Shown one piece after another: positions 9,234-17,323 of a stretch of DNA of 29,950 nucleotides. The position numbers and the translations under genes are program-made. The stretch is from Candidatus Cloacimonadota bacterium. GTDB taxonomy: Bacteria > Cloacimonadota > Cloacimonadia > Cloacimonadales > Cloacimonadaceae. Location: assembly GCA_016875595.1 (NCBI GenBank), contig VGPI01000001.1:1-29950 (forward strand). The letters run 5' to 3'. The notes beneath the pieces are model-generated. The model was not told the origin of the DNA. It was given only the letters and a program-made list of their open reading frames with translations, and did not search any database. How positions within the stretch are numbered: the stretch's first letter is position 1; the number at the start of each line of letters is the position of its first letter.

Positions 9234-9989
9234 TTATTGCTTATCCAGATTATTCTTCAGTAGTTGCGCCTCCGGCACATCCCGCAACGGCTTGGCGGGA
9301 CTGCCAACAACTATTTGAGCAGCGGGAACGTCACGCGTCACCACTGCTCCGGCAGCCACGGTGCCATCTTCCTCGATAGTTTTACCGGGAAGGATGGTAG
9401 CATGAACGCCGATCCTGCCACCACTTTTTATGGTTATACCTTTGAAGTGATTAAATCGTTCTTTGTCCCGTGCCATATAGTTATCATTGCTGGTGGCAAC
9501 GCACGGTGCCACAAAGCAATAGTCCTCCACAGTGGAATAGGCCGTGATATAACAATTGGTTTCAAACTTATTCCGTGAGCCGATACTCACAAAGTTCTCG
9601 ATGGTCACGTTCCTGCCGATGATATTGAGATCACCGATGTTCACATCTTCCCGGATGGTAGCCAGATCGGCGATCAGATTGCGTTCTCCGATTATTGCTT
9701 GCGCATAGATAACGACGTTGGTACCGATCTGGCAGGCGTCTCCAATCACCGTTGGCTTCAATTCTGCCGGCGGTTTGAAGATACTGCGCGGTGAGGACAA
9801 GGGCTTTTTTCCGATGATGGTGTTATCATCGATGCGCGTATAGGTCCCGATCCTGCTGTTTTCATAGATAATAACGTTGTTGGCGATGCTGACGTAGTCA
9901 CCGATTTCCACGCCGTCCATAATAACGACATTGAAGCCCAGCTTGACTTCCGTGCCGATCTTGACGCTTGGAGCGATATGCTGATTCAT
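9234..9989 (-). CDS. Hexapeptide-repeat (left-handed beta-helix) sugar N-acetyltransferase
   Basis: Repeated I/V-G-x-x-x-x-I hexapeptides, SNDNY, and terminal GAVVTRDVP...VGSPAK. GGGAGG SD before ATG 9989. The longer ORF-track start overlaps the xer gene. Confidence 0.9.
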   Translation of the reverse strand: MNQHIAPSVKIGTEVKLGFNVVIMDGVEIGDYVSIANNVIIYENSRIGTYTRIDDNTIIGKKPLSSPRSIFKPPAELKPTVIGDACQIGTNVVIYAQAIIGERNLIADLATIREDVNIGDLNIIGRNVTIENFVSIGSRNKFETNCYITAYSTVEDYCFVAPCVATSNDNYMARDKERFNHFKGITIKSGGRIGVHATILPGKTIEEDGTVAAGAVVTRDVPAAQIVVGSPAKPLRDVPEAQLLKNNLDKQ

Positions 9990-10064
9990 CAATTCCTCCC
10001 TGATAACGCCATTTTTTTCGTGACAATAAATCCTGCAAGCAAAATCTGTGTCCTGGTGACCCCA

Positions 10065-10973
10065 ATGAATATGCAGGAATTGATAGAAAAACACGCGCAG
10101 GCATTGCGCCTGGAGGGCAAGTCCAACCAGACGATCGACGGCTACCGGCTCGATCTGGAGCAGTGTTATACCTTCCTGACCAAGTATTGGGAAGATGGTA
10201 TGGTCAAAGTGGATGAGATCATTCCCTTCCAGATCCGGGACTGGCTGAGGCAGTTGCATGACAAGCCCGATTGCAACCGGTCACTTGCCCGTAAATTGGC
10301 ATCGTTGAAATCCTTCTTCCAGTATTGTAAACGGCAGGGGATCATCCAGGACAATCCTATAGACAAGATGCAACGTCCCAAATTTGAACAGAAACTGCCA
10401 CATTTCTTTACTGAGGAAGAGATCGAGGTGCTGCTCCGTATCCCTGATCCAGCCGACAAATATGGCATTCGCAATCGAGCGATCCTGGAATTGATCTATT
10501 CATCCGGACTCCGGATCGGAGAAGTGGGGGCATTGCGGCTCGGAGACATCGACCCCAAAAGGCAATTGGTCAAGGTCACCGGCAAAGGCAACAAGGAACG
10601 GATCATTCCGGTCGGATCAAACGCTCTCCAAGCCATTCGTGAATATCTGGACATCCGCAGCGAATTTGCTCCCGCCGACAATGAAAAGCACCTCTTTATC
10701 ACCCGCACCGGTCAGCCATTTGACAATAAACAGATCAACGTCATCCTCCAGCGTTACATCAGGTTGGTGGCACAGCAAAAAGGATATTCGCCACATACGC
10801 TCAGGCATAGTTTTGCCACCCACCTGTTACAACGCGGCGCAGACCTGAGAGCCATTCAGGAAATGCTGGGGCACGCCTCCCTCAGTACCACCGAGACCTA
10901 TACCCACGTTACCCTTGAAGACATTAAAGACGCTTACAAAAAAGGACATCCCAGATCGAAACAGGATAAGTAA
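10065..10973 (+). CDS. xerC: Tyrosine recombinase, XerC/XerD family
   Basis: Catalytic set: LYSSGLRIGE (R), GKGNKER (K), SPHTLRHSFATHLL (HxxR), LGHASLSTTETYTH (H, Y), plus an N-terminal SAM-like domain. Start is 10065 or 10071; xerC versus xerD is not resolved. Confidence 0.9.
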   Translation: MNMQELIEKHAQALRLEGKSNQTIDGYRLDLEQCYTFLTKYWEDGMVKVDEIIPFQIRDWLRQLHDKPDCNRSLARKLASLKSFFQYCKRQGIIQDNPIDKMQRPKFEQKLPHFFTEEEIEVLLRIPDPADKYGIRNRAILELIYSSGLRIGEVGALRLGDIDPKRQLVKVTGKGNKERIIPVGSNALQAIREYLDIRSEFAPADNEKHLFITRTGQPFDNKQINVILQRYIRLVAQQKGYSPHTLRHSFATHLLQRGADLRAIQEMLGHASLSTTETYTHVTLEDIKDAYKKGHPRSKQDK

Positions 10974-11156
10974 GAAAAAACCAAGTTTCTTCTGGACTAT
11001 ATTCAGACACTGAAAACAATAAAGCCGTTCTTAGGACTTCGAATAGAGTGTGAGAAACCAAGCCGTGGAATTGCCATGAGCCGGACAGAGTGTCAAAATG
11101 TCCGTTAAGCTATCTTTGGTGTACCTCAGTAATCAAGTAAAAAGGAGATTCTTGCT

Positions 11157-11660
11157 ATGATACACTCTTTCAAAACAATGGGACTGATCCTCATGTTGCT
11201 CTTTGTCATCGTTCAGAGCCCAGCCCAACTGGGGTCAAAGACGGAGATTGCAGATCAGCGCGTGGAAAAGGTACTCAAACAATCGGGATGGAAATACTCG
11301 ATCGATGACGATGGCGATTTTGAGCTACTTTTTGATACGGAAAACGGTAGAGATCAACTCGTCTGGATCAGATCACATACTGAAGATCTGTCACACCTGG
11401 AGATTAGGGAGATCTGGTCATTTGCCTACACATCCAAGAGACCTTTTAGCGCTGATATCGCCAACCGCCTTTTGGAGCACAACAGTCAGATGAAGCTGGG
11501 CTTCTGGCAGGTGAAGAAATTTGGGGACAAATATACCGCTGTTTACACTGCTCAGATTGCGGCTGAATCCGATCTGACAACCCTGCGTACCGTGGTCAAT
11601 GCGGTCGTGAAAACCGCCGACCAGATGGAGCTTGAGCTTACCGATAGCGACGAATTCTAA
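11157..11660 (+). CDS. YbjN-like (T3SS chaperone fold) protein with predicted signal peptide
   Basis: Y-S-I-D-D-D-G-D-F, R-x-Q-L-V-W-I and LLEHNSQMKLGFW pattern; hydrophobic N-terminus; AAGGAG SD. Confidence 0.7.
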   Translation: MIHSFKTMGLILMLLFVIVQSPAQLGSKTEIADQRVEKVLKQSGWKYSIDDDGDFELLFDTENGRDQLVWIRSHTEDLSHLEIREIWSFAYTSKRPFSADIANRLLEHNSQMKLGFWQVKKFGDKYTAVYTAQIAAESDLTTLRTVVNAVVKTADQMELELTDSDEF

Positions 11661-11768
11661 CCCCTGAAACACTGCTATAAATCCGCAAGCGTTGCCAAGC
11701 CACATAAGCAGTCTGATCCGATAGGGGCTTTGTCGTCTGGTGTTCAGGGCAGGATCGGAAGATTCTGC

Positions 11769-11797
11769 TTGACACATAACTAAGCTGAGTTTTACAG
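11769..11797 (+). promoter_or_regulatory. Sigma70-type promoter
   Basis: TTGACA (11769-11774), 17 nt, TACAGT (11792-11797); AAGGAG SD at 11833-11838. Confidence 0.65.
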
Positions 11798-11844
11798 TGC
11801 CCAGGCAAGGTACGAGATACTCACCCTAAGACAAGGAGTTTGAT

Positions 11845-12171
11845 ATGATAACAGCGGGATTGATCGCATTGTTACTGGTGTTGACATCTTTGGCGTTGAA
11901 TTACAAAAGCACCGGGCGTAGCACCTCTTTTCGTATCCTGAGATTAAGTGCCGGTCTGTATTTCACTCTACTGATCTCCATGCTCTTAAACGGATGCCAG
12001 ATTTTTGGCGGCAAATCGAGATCTGATGTCGTGTATGGTCCTCCCGAGTATTTTAACGGAGAGAAGACGGTGGAAAAGCCAGACACACTCAGCAAAAAGG
12101 CAGTGAAAGAAGAACCGGTGGGACCGATCGATCCGGTCATCTGCTATGGCCCTCCCTCGAGTTTTGAATAG
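11845..12171 (+). CDS. Small membrane/lipo-peptide with two YGPP motifs; candidate radical SAM substrate
   Basis: Two hydrophobic segments, the second ending in lipobox-like LNG-C (Cys51). DVVYGPPEYF (YGPP 12034-12045) and VICYGPPSSFE (YGPP 12145-12156). Promoter and SD present. Confidence 0.75.
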   Translation: MITAGLIALLLVLTSLALNYKSTGRSTSFRILRLSAGLYFTLLISMLLNGCQIFGGKSRSDVVYGPPEYFNGEKTVEKPDTLSKKAVKEEPVGPIDPVICYGPPSSFE

Positions 12172-12179
12172 GAGTCGCC

Positions 12180-13249
12180 ATCTCTCTGTTTGATCTGAAA
12201 TATACCCGCTCCCGACTGCAACTCAGCGCATTTTACCGGCAGTTTCAACTGCGCTTTCTCCAGACCGGCAGATATCCCCCCCAACCTATGTCCTGTGGGA
12301 CTGCACTCGCCGCTGTAACCTGAACTGTGAGCATTGCGGCGCTGCCAAAGAAAGATATGACCGGGAAATGGGCACCGATAAAGTGGTGAGTTTGATCAGT
12401 GAATTGGCTGTCCTGGGAGTAAGAACCTTTGCCGTGACCGGAGGGGAGCCCTTATTGAGAGAGGATCTGGCGCTGGTTTTACACCATGCCCGATCAGTAG
12501 GGATCAATACCGGCATCGCCACCAACGGGTTTTTGTTGGATGGATCGATGGCGCTTGCTCTGGCACAAGCCGGAGTATCTTCCGTCCAGATCAGCATTGA
12601 TGGCGACCGTGACCCGCATAACCGGATCAGACATAATGAATTAAGCTATGACCGGGCGGTCTCCGCCGCCAGAAATTGTCGGGAAGCCGGCATCGCCTTG
12701 ATCACGGTCGCCACGGTGGTCACCAAATCCAATATCGAAACACTGCCAACTCTTTTGAACACTTTACTTTCCGAAGGCATCAGGTATTGGAAGCTGATCC
12801 CTCTGATGCCGATTGGCAGAGCCGATAAGAGCGAACTCCAGATCGAACCAGCCACCCTGATCGCATTCCTGGAGTTTGTCCGGCAAGCCAGGCGCAGGAT
12901 CCGCATCCAGATCGGTGAAAACCTGCCCTATCTGGGTAAATATGACTCCCAAACAAGGAACCTTGTCACCTACTGTCCGGTAGGGATAACTGCCTGCTGT
13001 CTGGGAGTGGACGGCAAGATCCGGGGTTGTCCTGAGATGCCTGATTCCGCCGAGTTTTATGAGGGCAGTGTACTGGAGACCAACTTTGATACGATCTGGC
13101 AAAGGGGCTTCGTCAGATACCGTGAGGATCATCTCCGCCATCAGGATCACGACTGCGCCAAATGCTCTTGGTGGAACAGGTGCCGGGGTGGCTGCTGGGT
13201 GATGCGGACCGGGGAATGGCATTGCATTAAAAACTGGTTAATTTACTAA
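12180..13249 (+). pseudogene. Radical SAM/SPASM peptide-maturase-like gene, frameshifted in a C7 run (12276-12282); pseudogene, phase-variable or assembly error
   Basis: WDCTRRCNLNCEHCG lies in the frame of ORF 12368..13249 but upstream of its ATG, with no ATG/GTG/TTG back to the TGA at 12191. AGGAG SD (12170-12174) points to ATC 12180 in another frame. One extra C gives a 356-aa ORF. Also VTGGEPLLRED and SPASM C...CC...GCP...CAKC...CRGGC...C. Confidence 0.8.
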
Positions 13250-13272
13250 TACCGATGTTTGGAGCGAAACTT

Positions 13273-13287
13273 GTTACATCATGTAAC
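13273..13287. promoter_or_regulatory. Palindrome, possible operator upstream of the Omp28-like gene
   Basis: Perfect inverted repeat GTTACA-TCA-TGTAAC in a 73-bp intergenic gap. Confidence 0.35.
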
Positions 13288-13322
13288 TACGTCAAAATCA
13301 ACACATATAATGAGGTGAAACC

Positions 13323-15200
13323 ATGAAAACGATCAAAATGATCATGAATATCACGATTTTTCTGGGAGTGCTGCTATCGTTTGGCGTCCTGACGGCTGAG
13401 CCGGTTAGAGATATCTATGTGACCGAGGATTTCAGCTCTACCACTTTTCCGCCACCCGGATGGACGATCAGTGCCCAAAACGGAAACTGGAGCAGATACA
13501 TCGGCAATAACGCCGGTGGCACATCTCCCGAAGCGCGCTTGACCTGGCAGCCGCAGTTTAACGGTCAATCCCAATTGATCTCTCCGCCACTCAATACTCT
13601 CGGACAGAATTCGGTTTTCCTCGAGTTCCGGCACTTCGTGGATCATTATACTACACCTTACACTGTGGGAGTGGCTACGCGTTCCAATAACGGCGCCTGG
13701 ACGACGGTCTGGTCGGTCAATCCCACCGGCAATATCGGTCCCCAACTGAGAACAATCGAGATCAATAACGCCGACATACAGTCCAATACCTTCCAATTTG
13801 CCTTCTTTTTCAGCGGGAATTCCTACAATATCGATGACTGGTACATTGATAATATCAAGCTCTACACCCCCTTCGAGTTTGATCTGGCTGTGGTTGGTGT
13901 CCCTGGAGCAGCACAACTGGTTCCCGGGGATGGTTTTTTCCCCACCTGTGTGATCAAGAATGTCGGGATCAATACGCTTACCGCCGCGGTCACGCTTTCC
14001 ACCTATCTTTGGGATGTATTGCTCACTAATGAGGAATATCCCGTCCCAATTGTAATGGCAGCCGGTCAGGAAGAGACATTCGTCTTTGCCGATCAGTACC
14101 TCGATGAACCGGACGAGATGTATCGCTTTAGCTTCTCAGTGACCTCACTGGAGGATGTGGAGGACGGCGACCCGACAAACAACACCATGGACAAATGGGT
14201 CAATACTTACACCACTCCCCGCCAGAATGTCCTGCTGGAGATCGGTACCGGCGGCTGGTGTCCATATTGTCCCGGTGCCGCCATGGGTGCGGATGATCTG
14301 GTAGCGATGGGATACAATGTGGCAGTGATCGAAAACCACAACGGCGATCCTTATGCCAATGACTATTCCAATTTCCGCAATACCTATTATGGCATCAGCG
14401 GATATCCCACTGCGATCTTTGACGGTGTCCTGAGATATGTGGGCGGCAGTAATACCCAGAGCATGTACAACAATTATCTGCCCCTCTTCCAACAGCGCAA
14501 TGCCATCAAAACACCGCTGTGGTTGGATATCTACGGCTATGTTTCCCGCGACACCTATACGATCGAGGTCTGGACGCAAAAACGCTCAAATCTGATCAAC
14601 GAAAACACCGTTCTCCATTTTTCCCTCACCGAATCTGAGATCCAATACAACTGGCAGGGACAGACGCATTTCAACTTTGTCAATCACATCATGCTTCCCG
14701 GCGTGGAAGGGACGCCAATGGACCTGTTCAACACTCCCGTGATGGATGTCCTGGTGACCGAACTCGTCCTGCCGATCCAAGCCCTATGGGTGCCCGAACA
14801 CTGCGAACTGGTCGCCTTTATCCAGGATATCGAGACCAAAGAGATCCTCCAGGCAACCAATGTAGCGCTCAATGATCTGGCTGAACCACCCGTTTCCATC
14901 CATGAAGATACCCACAGCCCGGCGATCAATAAACTCTCCGGCAATTTCCCCAATCCCTTCAACCCATCCACCACGATCTGCTTTGCCACCGACGGCAAGA
15001 ATCCAGTGGAGATCGTCATTTACGACCTGAAGGGACGTCAGGTGCGCAGCTTGAAACTGGATACCAGATCAGCCGGTGAACACACCCTCGTCTTTGACGG
15101 ACTGGACGACCAGGGCAACCTTCTGGCAAGCGGGATCTATTTCTACCGCATGAAATCCGGCGCCTATTCCAATACCAAAAAGATGATCCTGATGAAGTAG
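13323..15200 (+). CDS. Secreted Omp28-related protein with CxxC motif and C-terminal FlgD-Ig/T9SS-like sorting domain
   Basis: Signal peptide; LLEIGTGGWCPYCPG, ENHNGDPY, GYPTAIFDG and ELVAFIQD; C-terminal GNFPNPFNPSTTI...IYDLKGRQV...ASGIYFYRM...KKMILMK; GAGGTG SD. Confidence 0.88.
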   Translation: MKTIKMIMNITIFLGVLLSFGVLTAEPVRDIYVTEDFSSTTFPPPGWTISAQNGNWSRYIGNNAGGTSPEARLTWQPQFNGQSQLISPPLNTLGQNSVFLEFRHFVDHYTTPYTVGVATRSNNGAWTTVWSVNPTGNIGPQLRTIEINNADIQSNTFQFAFFFSGNSYNIDDWYIDNIKLYTPFEFDLAVVGVPGAAQLVPGDGFFPTCVIKNVGINTLTAAVTLSTYLWDVLLTNEEYPVPIVMAAGQEETFVFADQYLDEPDEMYRFSFSVTSLEDVEDGDPTNNTMDKWVNTYTTPRQNVLLEIGTGGWCPYCPGAAMGADDLVAMGYNVAVIENHNGDPYANDYSNFRNTYYGISGYPTAIFDGVLRYVGGSNTQSMYNNYLPLFQQRNAIKTPLWLDIYGYVSRDTYTIEVWTQKRSNLINENTVLHFSLTESEIQYNWQGQTHFNFVNHIMLPGVEGTPMDLFNTPVMDVLVTELVLPIQALWVPEHCELVAFIQDIETKEILQATNVALNDLAEPPVSIHEDTHSPAINKLSGNFPNPFNPSTTICFATDGKNPVEIVIYDLKGRQVRSLKLDTRSAGEHTLVFDGLDDQGNLLASGIYFYRMKSGAYSNTKKMILMK

Positions 15201-15262
15201 ACTTACCTCATTATCTGCCGTTCATCAGCCGCAATTGACAGACGGCATTGCTGCATTCCGTT

Positions 15263-15297
15263 ACAAGGCATGGTCACGGCTATCATGCCTTGTTTTT
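15263..15297 (+). terminator. Rho-independent terminator
   Basis: Stem ACAAGGCATG/CATGCCTTGT followed by a T run, about 60 nt after the Omp28-like stop. Confidence 0.75.
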
Positions 15298-15339
15298 CCG
15301 GGGTCAGATCAGCCCAATTTCCCAAGCCCTTTCCTGGGT

Positions 15340-15455
15340 CCTTCTTCCATGCCCCTCTTTATCAAGTGATGATCAAGCGTTAATCAAGCGTTAATAATTA
15401 ACGCTTGATTAAGAGGGGATAATGACTTGATTAAGGCCGGCACACTGGAGGGAGA
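15340..15455. repeat. Long inverted-repeat element with perfect 33-bp palindromic core
   Basis: TTAATCAAGCGTTAAT-A-ATTAACGCTTGATTAA (15380-15412); ATCAAG at 15361, 15372 and 15383; CTTGAT at 15404 and 15426. Confidence 0.8.
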
Positions 15456-15666
15456 GAAACGTCCCGGAGATTGATCTACCTGGATGAGAATCTCGGTTAC
15501 AGAGATAATGGGTCAAGTTGGCAGTCCTGACAACTGCTTGAATCGGGTGGTTAACTATCAGGAATTACAGTTAGTTGAGCTCAGTTGCAAGAAAAGGATT
15601 GACAAGGATGAGTCGATTGTAACTGATGGAAAATGAGAGATGTGATCCATAAAAGTGGAGGATAAT

Positions 15667-15936
15667 ATGGCAATTTTGGTGCGCCAGTTGAGTGCTCCGG
15701 AGATCGGTGATTATCAAGTTAAGTCGTGGCCGGTCTGGGTGAAGGAGATATCCGAATTTGACTGGTATTATGATTCGACCGAGGACTGTCTGATGCTGGA
15801 AGGGGAGGTGGAGGTCAGTACACCGGACGGCAAGGTGACTCGAATTGTGGCAGGCGATTATGTGACTTTTCCGCAGGGTTTGTCCTGCCGGTGGAAAGTG
15901 ATTAAACCAGTTCGTAAACACTACCGGTTCCGCTGA
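15667..15936 (+). CDS. Cupin domain protein (DUF861/cupin_3-like)
   Basis: WPVWVKEISEFDWYY...EDCLMLEGEV...GDYVTFPQGLSCRWKV; GGAGG SD before ATG 15667. Confidence 0.88.
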   Translation: MAILVRQLSAPEIGDYQVKSWPVWVKEISEFDWYYDSTEDCLMLEGEVEVSTPDGKVTRIVAGDYVTFPQGLSCRWKVIKPVRKHYRFR

Positions 15937-15938
15937 TC

Positions 15939-17210
15939 ATGCCGCTCCGCGTCCAGAATGTCCTGCCCCGTGGTCTCGCCGCTAAAAGCGGGATCCGGGC
16001 AGGAGAGCGGATCCTGGAAGTAAACGGCAGCGCCATCAACGACTTCTGGGACTTGCAATACTACACTTCGGACTTCGATTTGTCCCTAACTGTCCTCGGT
16101 GATGATGGCATGATCCGCAAGGTCAATATCCTCCGGTCACCCGGGAAGGCAGTGGGACTGGAGCCGGAACCCTACCGCTTTGCCCGGTGTCACAATCATT
16201 GTCTCTTTTGCTTTATCGATCAGATGCCGCCCGCTTTGCGCGAGGATCTGTATGCCAAGGATGATGACTATCTCTTTTCCTATGTCTTTGGCAATTATAT
16301 CTCGATGACAAACCTGACGTCCGCCGAATATCAGCGGGTCATCGATCAGCGCATCTCACCGCTTTACATATCGGTTCATGCCGCCGATCCCTTGTTACGC
16401 AGCCGTCTGATGGGCTACCGCAAGGAGTTTGACATTATCGAAAAACTGAAGTGGCTCTCAGAGTATGGGATCAGATTTCACACCCAGGTGGTCGTGGTTC
16501 CCGGCTGGAATGATGGCGAAGCGCTTACCGATACGATCCTGGCTCTGATCCAGCCGGATCTGAATGTCCTCTCGGTGGGGATCGTGCCCGTGGGGCTTAC
16601 CCGCCACCGGCAACACCTTCTGCCGATCGATCTGGTCACTGCGGATGTTGCGGAACGCACACTCGATCAGGTGGATACGATCAAATCCCGCCTGGAGATA
16701 CACAATATCTACTGTGCTGATGAATTGTATATCCTCGCCGGACGGGCGATCCCGGAAAGCGCTTATTACGATGACTTCTGCCAGATCGAGAATGGCATCG
16801 GAATGATGCGGATGATGCTGGAGAACTTCAAAGGAAAAAAACGCACCCTGATCAAGGAACTACGGAAAAAAGGCAAGGATATGGTGCTGATCACGGGAGT
16901 TTCGGCTGCCGGAGCGATCAACGATCTGGCACGGTATATCCAGGCGAAACTGGATCCGCTGAAGGTTAGAGTGAGCGTGGTGCAGAATGATTTTATGGGT
17001 CGGACGGTGACAGTGAGCGGGCTTTTGACCTACGCCGATATCATTGCCCAGGCGGAAGTCAGACCCGACGAGATCGCTCTGTTGCCCGGAAATATCTTCA
17101 ATTATGAGGGGATCACGCTGGATGGCTATTCCCAGATTGATCTCAAGCATCAGTGGAAGAGCGATATCGTATTGGTGGATTATCTGTTTGAGGATTGGGA
17201 TTGGCTCTGA
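15939..17210 (+). CDS. DUF512 protein (PDZ plus radical SAM-like Fe-S domain)
   Basis: N-terminal PDZ-like segment, CHNHCLFCFIDQMP, KDDDY, GNYISMTN, PLYISVH, QIENGIG and VTVSGLLT. Confidence 0.88.
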   Translation: MPLRVQNVLPRGLAAKSGIRAGERILEVNGSAINDFWDLQYYTSDFDLSLTVLGDDGMIRKVNILRSPGKAVGLEPEPYRFARCHNHCLFCFIDQMPPALREDLYAKDDDYLFSYVFGNYISMTNLTSAEYQRVIDQRISPLYISVHAADPLLRSRLMGYRKEFDIIEKLKWLSEYGIRFHTQVVVVPGWNDGEALTDTILALIQPDLNVLSVGIVPVGLTRHRQHLLPIDLVTADVAERTLDQVDTIKSRLEIHNIYCADELYILAGRAIPESAYYDDFCQIENGIGMMRMMLENFKGKKRTLIKELRKKGKDMVLITGVSAAGAINDLARYIQAKLDPLKVRVSVVQNDFMGRTVTVSGLLTYADIIAQAEVRPDEIALLPGNIFNYEGITLDGYSQIDLKHQWKSDIVLVDYLFEDWDWL

Positions 17211-17275
17211 CCCGGAAATTTAGGTTGACCAAATTGAGGAAACGACTGGATATGCGCCACAGACTGATAAAATAA

Positions 17276-17300
17276 CGTAGGGGTGAATACCAGTCCGCCC
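17276..17300 (+). repeat. Degenerate GTAG-type REP-like sequence
   Basis: CGTAGGGGTGAATACCAGTCCGCCC shares the CGTAGGGG start and CGCCC end with the other copies; the stem is weak. Confidence 0.3.
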
Positions 17301-17323
17301 TTTGACAATGATAAGGAAAGAGC

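Noticed and set aside
9990-10259. N-terminal extensions of the acetyltransferase (to 10259) and xer (from 9978)
   Set aside because: They would overlap head-to-head; the SD and domain boundaries support the shorter starts.
10974-11156. Possible dif/xer site after the recombinase, and a CGGACA-N11-TGTCCG inverted repeat
   Set aside because: No match to the 11-6-11 dif consensus (no TTATGTTAAAT-like arm); the short repeat is within chance expectation.
11662-11749. Possible riboswitch (CCCTGAAACAC...GTGTTCAGGG) before the YGPP unit
   Set aside because: No SAM, cobalamin or other aptamer consensus recognised, and it lies upstream of the predicted promoter.
12169-12200. Stop-codon read-through (Pyl/Sec) fusing the peptide to the maturase
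   Set aside because: Read-through of TAG 12169 meets TGA within nine codons and is in the wrong frame.
13306-13311. Perfect TATAAT before the Omp28-like gene
   Set aside because: It abuts the SD and has no -35, so a transcript from it would truncate the SD.
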